The translations under genes and the position numbers were made by a program. A stretch of 62,238 nucleotides of DNA, counting the filler. It is 13 parts of 13 records of this genome, joined end to end, with 100 filler letters (N's around TTAATTAATTAA, not from the genome) between each part and the next. Parts side by side here need not be neighbours in the genome. Positions count along the whole stretch, not along the records: positions 53,673 to 57,197 come from SRR15195285_10575; positions 57,298 to 62,238 come from SRR15195285_10578; 11 more parts are not named here. One strand, given 5' to 3'. Within the stretch, counting starts at the first letter, position 1, and each line of letters begins with the position of its first letter. This document shows positions 55,588 to 62,238 of this stretch, piece by piece. Below the pieces are notes generated by a model, which was given only the letters and a program-made list of their open reading frames with translations, ran no database searches and had not been told where the DNA came from.

Positions 55588-57197
55588 TCATTCATGTTGT
55601 CCTGCCAATCCATGCGGTCCGCGCGGAGGTGGAATGCCTTCTGATACCGTGCGGTCGGCAACCTCTTCGGACGGTACTACGACCTGCGAGTCGAAGCTGG
55701 TTCCGATGGGCTCGATCGACGAGTTTGTCCTCGATGACGGAGTGCTCTTGCGATGTGTGTGCCCCCGAAAGACGGCCTGCAGAGTCATTGCTGCGGCTTC
55801 GGCGATCTGGGCTTCAATCTCAGACTTAACGCTGTCCAGCTCCTGTTCCAGCGGTGACATTGCAAATGGAGTATCAGGCTGAACATACCTGTGAACCCAG
55901 CTGCTGTTTATCACCGGAGTAGGTGATCCATGTGCGAACCCGACTGCAGAGACATCGTGGTGCCACAATTCGGCTGAATCTACTGTGGGGCTGCTTTCTG
56001 TGTACAAAGACTCTGGTACGAGCACCAAACTCTGAGCGCGCATGGATAATCCGAAGCTGCTGTGCACTGTCTCGTCCAGCGTAAGCCAGTTTCCTGCCAT
56101 GTATACAACAGCATGCATCGCAGCAGCGCCTGTTTCGATACGCATCGATACCAGTGCCCACTCTCGCCACATTCTGAACGCTGCACCCACATTGAGCTTC
56201 AAGATGCGTGCGCTGAACTGTCGTTCGCTGGATCTCAGGCATTTGTGTGTGTGTGTCACCCGCGCCCACGACAAGAAATGTGCCTTGCAGTCACAGCGAC
56301 TGCGAAAGCTGTCCGCCACCGCTATCAAACGTGCTGATCGTTTCTCTTCCGGAACCACATCCTGGTCAACTACGGTGACAGTGTGCTCGATATGTTGTGC
56401 TGCAACATCAATCGTTAGACGCAGCCGATCAATCTTCGGTTGCATCGCCTGAAGCCGCTCTCTAAGCTCTATCGTAGTCGGGCTGCCCAGATAAATCAGG
56501 TTCTTGCGACCGTCTGCTTCTTGTACAGTGACCCAGCCACAATCTGCGCCATGCACAGCTAGTTCTCCTCGCAGCTGACCAAGCACAGACCGGATGACAC
56601 GTTTTAGTTCAACCCGATCTCCTGGCCGTATCATCCGACCCGCCTTTGTGTGCAAACAATCAGCCTCGTTGTCGTTGTAGTATCGACCATCTTCAGTATG
56701 CCTCGAAATGTAAGCAGAGCTCCGCAGCTCTTTATGAGAGGTAACATCCAAAGGTCTTACGACTCGATAGACGCCAATAGTCTGATCCAGTTGCAGATCC
56801 TCATGCTGCTGAAGGGTTTGACTTACACTTTCATACTCACGAACCCTCCGATCTAGGGCGATCTGACAAACTTGGAAAACCAAATGTGACCAGAACTTTT
56901 TGAGGCACTGCTCGCGAAAATGTTGTGCACTCCCAGCGATAGCTCTTCGTCTCAAATTCAGTCTTATTCGGAACTGTTTAAAAACGTGAAAAGCCATGCT
57001 CACCACGGAACTTTGATGTCGTCGCTGCAGTCGATCGGAGCTCGCACTAACAGCAGCATACAGCCAAAACTGAAAGCATCGAACTGTGCAACGCAGTTCT
57101 TGAAGAGACTTCGACACTCTGGCTGCTACGTCAAACGTCTTTACAGTATCGATACCCCCCGCAGACACCGCTCGCTGAGAAGCATCATCAGGTGAAA
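55588..57197 (-). CDS. Hypothetical protein with Sfi1-like Trp repeats and an IQ motif, 5'-truncated
   Basis: Open frame of more than 526 codons. CFQFW, KKFW, HFLSW and AFRMWREW spaced helical motifs; IQ-like TLQAVFRGHTHRK. Confidence 0.55.
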
Positions 57198-57644
57198 NNN
57201 NNNNNNNNNNNNNNNNNNNNNNNNNNNNNNNNNNNNNNNNNTTAATTAATTAANNNNNNNNNNNNNNNNNNNNNNNNNNNNNNNNNNNNNNNNNNNNCGC
57301 AACTCGAGGTGGTCAACGGAGTGAACGATATTTCTCAGTGAGTTCTCGTGATACCACGCGAACCCAACCCAGCCTGTGAATTGAATGGTCCACGGCGGCG
57401 CGTGCGCGTGCAAGCAAAAAAAGGCGCGCTCCCACCGGCAATTGAACAACTGCTGCATGGCGCGCGCCGCACACCGCGCGCTACGCTCGCGTGCACGTAT
57501 CGAATGTATATAGTTAATGTATACGCGTGGACGCGCGCGCGCGCGCGCGTGGCGGCGCTTTTTTGCACCACATGGAGCTGACTGGGGTGGCAAGCGTCGG
57601 TGGTGGCTGGTAGAGTGGTCGACCTACGTAGAGAGCTGGCTGGG

Positions 57645-60600
57645 ATGGCGCCGAAGGCGATGGAGCACGAGGAGGAGGAGGTGGAGCTCTTCAGCAGGAG
57701 GCTGATCAGCGCGACGTGGAAGCTGGTGCTGGGCAGTTTCCTGCTCCATGTAAGGACACACACACACAGACAGAGAGAGAAGCGGGGAGAGAGACAGAGA
57801 CAGAGAGCTTGCATGCCCTGTGTGTGTGTTTGTCTAGCCCTCGGCACCCTCGTGCTCCATGTGACAGACAGACAAACAGAGAGCGCGCCCTCTGGCAGAT
57901 CGCGACGACACCAAAGCTGCCTGTCACTGTCGCTGGCTGGCTGGCCGGTCGTCTGTGACTGCCCCTGTGGCTTGCTCCCTGCCGCTCGCTATAGTCTTCT
58001 GCTTGGGTTTTTTGCGCAGTAGGCCTCTTCCTTCTGGCGCGGCACTCTCGCAGCCAGCTGAGCAGCGAGCGCGGCTGTTGGGGAGAGCAGGTGCACTCGG
58101 AGGTCGACGCGCTGCTCTTCATGCCCTTCCTCTACTCGCGCGTGCACTGCTGCCCGGAGACGCCGGAGCCGTCCGCGCGCTACGCGGTGGACTACCCAGA
58201 GACACTGGACTATGGCCTCAATGTCTCCCACCTGGAGGCTTGCGAGCTGCCCGCGATGGGTGCGCTGCTCTTGTCGCACATTGCGCTGTTGTCCGCAGGC
58301 CGCTCAGGCTGAAGGTGACATGTGCGCGCGCAGGAGTGGAGGACCCGGCGTGGAGCCACAGCGCGCACTGCGGTAGCTTCGCGTACGTGCGCAACCGCGC
58401 GCAGGCGGTGCTCTCGATCTACTCGCCGGTGCGGACGACTTTCACTCTCATCATGTTCCCAACCGCGGGCGTCGTCGCGGACGTGATCGGGCGCAAGCCC
58501 GTCCTGGTCGCGGCAGCTTGCGGCCCGCTGATCGCCGCGAGTATATTCTGGCTGGATACGTACTTCGAGCTGCGGACCAATGTGCTGCTCTACTGTTGCT
58601 CCGCTGTGCTGGCGCTCGGTAATTTACCCCCAACCGCCACTGCCCCTTCCAACCTGGATAGCACTGAGCCAAACAAGCAGACGCCGCAGAACGCATGTGG
58701 GCCGCTATGCATTGAACGTGTGGGTACTGTGGCTCGGCAGGACGGCTTGTCAATCCAGTGATTGCGGCGATGCTGGCCGACTCTGTCACGTGCGGCTATC
58801 CTGCCTTGCCCCGTTGCCCCTTTTGGCAAAGACCTGGTGCTCGGCTTCTGGCCGCAAGACGTGCTCTCGATAGTATCCTCAGTAGTGGCGGTTTGCCTGG
58901 ACGCATGCAGAGAGCGCGAGCGAGCTGTTTGCTTTCCAGTGCTACAGTCAATGGTGCAGGTACGACATCTCTCGTACAGATGCTTCAGTTGTGCCCTGAA
59001 GCCGCCAGGTTTTTGGCTGTATCAAGGGGCATCTGGATGTGTGTTCTGACAAGCTGTGTGACGTGACGATATTTGTTGGCGCTGTCGATATTTGCAGGCT
59101 GGTCCGCTGGTCGGCTACTTCATTGGCTATTACGTGCTCCACTTGCATCTGCAGGACTACCAGCCGTGAGCATTTGAAAACTTGGGCGTTTGGTCCAGTA
59201 GCCCGTAGTGACCATTCTTGCGTGACATATTCTTGTGAGCTATTTGAATTGCTAGACACTTTATGCTGCTTTGACGCCTGTGTGGATGCGCTGCAGGTAC
59301 TGGGAAGTGATGGCTGTCACGCAAGTCATAATCGTTGTGTTTATTCGCATGCTGCTGACGGAGACGCTATCGGATGCAAACGCTAGGTAGACACCACCAC
59401 CCACCATCCAGTATTCACGTGTTGCCTGGTCAATTGCACATTCAGCTCTTGCGGATTTGTTCTGGGCCAATGTTCTCACAACACCTTCTGATGCTGTCGC
59501 TGTTGGCATTACGGTGCTGAACGACTCAATGGCATCGTGCTCTGGGCGATGTACAGTATCGCAGCCAAAGCGAATGAGGTCGCAGCAGCGGGCAGCGGCA
59601 TCAGTAGTTTCACACCAAAGCGTGGTTACAAGCTGGTCGACAGCAGGGCGAAGGGGGAAGACGGGCAGCCTATCGATGTGGCCGACGAAGGAAGCACGGA
59701 TGATTTCACACAGATGGAGGTGGGAAAGGCTGGTAAGCACCGTTCAGAACTGCCGCAGGCATACAACAGCCACACGCTGTCGTTGCAGCTATTGTTGTCG
59801 AGCTTGGAAATACACGGCAAGCACAGCAGTAATCTGCACGTCCCGTCTTATTGAGTCTATGCAATGGCTTGCGCCACGTGTTTCTACCTGCCTGTGCAGG
59901 TGACGACAACGGCAACGATGAGCAGTACTCACGAAAGTTCTCGCGCCACAACCGGGCACTGTCCTGCAGTGCAATCATCGGCCACTATACAACTGGTGCG
60001 CAAACAGAAACCACCCATCTGACAACAAAATGGACGTTCCCAGATTGTTGCTGCTGTTGCTAGCCCATGTGTTTCCCACAGAAGTTTCGACAACGTGATA
60101 TGCCTTGTTCACTCGCCAGGCCTTGCGCTCTTTCGGGCGGACCGTGTACTCCTTGGGTTGGCGGGGATCCAGCTTCTCTCAGTGCGCTACCAAAGCATTC
60201 GCAACAGCACAGTTACGCAGACATGAGGAGTCTGAGAGTGTGGTTTGTACGGCAGGAGTTTGCACTGCATGGCTTCTTGGGAGTGACATTTTCGTTTCTG
60301 GTTGGAGAGTTGCACTTTACTCAAGAGGCAGCCATTTTGCCGTGAGTTAACCCGGTCACAATAAGCATCTCGTATCCAGTACAAATGCTTTGAATGCGAT
60401 TATTTGGATCATCCAGTTGAGTAGTTGTGCCTGATTTTCACGGCGTGACCAGTGGCATTACGAAAAAGGTGTCTCAGACAATCGCATCGGCCTTTGCGGC
60501 ATGGATGCTACCGAGAACAGGACAGTGGGCAGGTAAACGAAACCATATGTGGCTTCTATGCATGCAAATGATGATCGAATCATCGAGCAGTTTCCTTGTA

Positions 60601-61420
60601 TGCAGAGTCATCATGGACAGAGAACTGAATTGACACTGTTCATCAGGGGCGGCTTGTGGGCTCGTTATTACCTCCCTCGGCCTATGGACCTATGGTATTG
60701 GCTCTCTCTGCTGCCTAGACCGAGCCGGGGCCTACCTTGGATCGTGCGTGTGTCCGAAAGAATGCATCCCTCGAATGCTGGCTGCTGTTGGCGGCCAATT
60801 GCTGCTTACAATTTCCCGCGTGCACGAATGCTGGTCGCGGGGATTTCTCTGTGGCTGGTCTGCGCTGTGATTGTACAGTGTGCTGCTCAGCTTCGGAATC
60901 GGATTAACGACACCAGCGCTTCTGACAGCCACGTCATGGCGGGTGGTGTGCATTTGCTCTCGCAGCCAGCTAGCCAGAGCCACATTCGAATGCCAGTTTG
61001 TTTAGGAGGTGCTGAGCGCATGACGACTACGGCTTGGCATTCTTCTTTTTTTCTGTTGGCCTTGTGTTTGCGCAGGGACCAGAGCACCAAGCGAAGGTGC
61101 AGGCGTCACTTACTTTGGTGGGGTCCGTTGGCACCGCAGCCGGTGTGTCGTTTCACTCGCGCGTACTACATGAGGCGACGGCGCACGGATACGAGAAGGC
61201 GTTGCCGATGTGTGTATCCGTGTGCAACGCCAATTCGTTCGTTCGTTTCCTTTTGCGCTGATTAAGTATGTCCGTGGTACTGAATAGGACGGTCTCGGCG
61301 GTGGCGTTCCTATGCTCCGCTCTGCTCACTGTGGCGGTCGGGTGCAGCGCTGGCTGGCAGGACGACCCCGACTTTTCACGTCGCAATCGACGAAGGGACG
61401 TAGCAACATTACGACCTTGA
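57645..61420 (+). CDS. Major facilitator superfamily transporter, highly intron-rich
   Basis: Motif A GVVADVIGRKPVL. Later exons include IAAMLADS, FALHGFLGVTFSFL, HQAKVQASLTLVGSVGTAAG and a final exon ending TGA at 61420. Exact exon borders only partly resolved. Confidence 0.75.
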
Positions 61421-61628
61421 AGAGGCCTTCAACTCCGCCGTTGAGTGAAGCTACATCTACAAGTTAGAGCTGAGGCTTGCGTGATGATATTATAATAAAC
61501 TCATAAGTTGGTTCGTTGTGATCACATCTCGCGATAGATGCTGCCCGCCGATATCAGGTCTACGAGTAGTCGATAATGAGCTGCCTGTGCTCCTGCTTTT
61601 ATCCGGCCTGCTACACTTGCCATCGTCG

Positions 61629-62140
61629 CTACATATCCTCCACGGAGAATTCGTCGTCACTCGGTTCGTACTCGGACTCGTCTGAAAACTCTCCGCCCAT
61701 CGACGACCGACCCCGGATGCCCTCCTTTGGGAGACCATTTTTCTCTCTCATGCGTTTCACATAGTTGTCTGTGTTGTCCTGTAGACTCACCCTGCGTAAG
61801 CACGGAGGGCAAACCAAGTTAGTGCCACGCCCACACAGACGGTAAATCTTTCGAAACTTGACGCAAAGCTTCACATGTTGCCGACAGCGGGTCAACCTTA
61901 CAGAGCCACACAACACACAACGCACCTCTGTGGTTTTCTCTCACGCAGTGCCCGCTTCTCTCGCAGTAGGTACTCGTACTTCTCTCGGCTCTCCGCAGCA
62001 ACACGGTCGGCCTCAGAAGTCGACCGAATCAATCGTCCGTCTGCAGCTCTCGTGGCGTTTGCAAACGAAGTCGTGCCAAAGCATTCAATGTGCTCGGCGG
62101 CCTTGCCAGCCTTGGTCTTTTTTGAGCCCTGGCGCCGTGC
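61629..62140 (-). CDS. 3' exons of a hypothetical charged protein
   Basis: Coding-like segments (ORFs 61898-62161 and 61629-61925) separated by GT-AG introns, with an acidic C-terminus. The contig ends in (GT)n. Confidence 0.45.
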
Positions 62141-62238
62141 AAAACACAAGCACAGCGACATCCTCGTTTAGATTGACGGCAACCCGGCAAGGAGAGTTTC
62201 CTTTTTGTCTGGTGTGTGTGTGTGTGTGTGTGTGTGTG

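Overview
This window is not one locus. It is 13 unrelated short contigs of a eukaryotic genome joined by an artificial 100-bp spacer (N44-TTAATTAATTAA-N44) at 3320, 6434, 10221, 17015, 25705, 30200, 33503, 39742, 43001, 48653, 53573 and 57198. The DNA is GC-rich and gene-dense, with short GT-AG introns (about 70-220 nt), a standard genetic code and (CG)n- and palindrome-rich intergenic DNA. This points to a unicellular, probably flagellated marine protist; the taxon cannot be determined by eye. The genes include secreted glycan-active enzymes (GHL15/GH168-like, GH32-like, arylsulfatase, a duplicated beta-helix protein, a GH43-like propeller), channels and transporters (CASTOR/POLLUX-like, polycystin-like, NCS1, MFS), cilium/centrosome proteins (CEP164-like WW, SAM-MORN, Sfi1/IQ-like), a class C GPCR-like receptor and a 428-bp hAT-type MITE with a perfect 8-bp TSD. 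The stand-out is the >2,700-aa gene at 17115-25704. It has about 24 Notch-like EGF repeats, a TM helix, then a cytoplasmic caspase-fold (C14) domain with Cys replaced by Ser and a U-box inserted between the p20 and p10 halves, then further TM sequence. All family calls come from manual motif recognition, not database searches.
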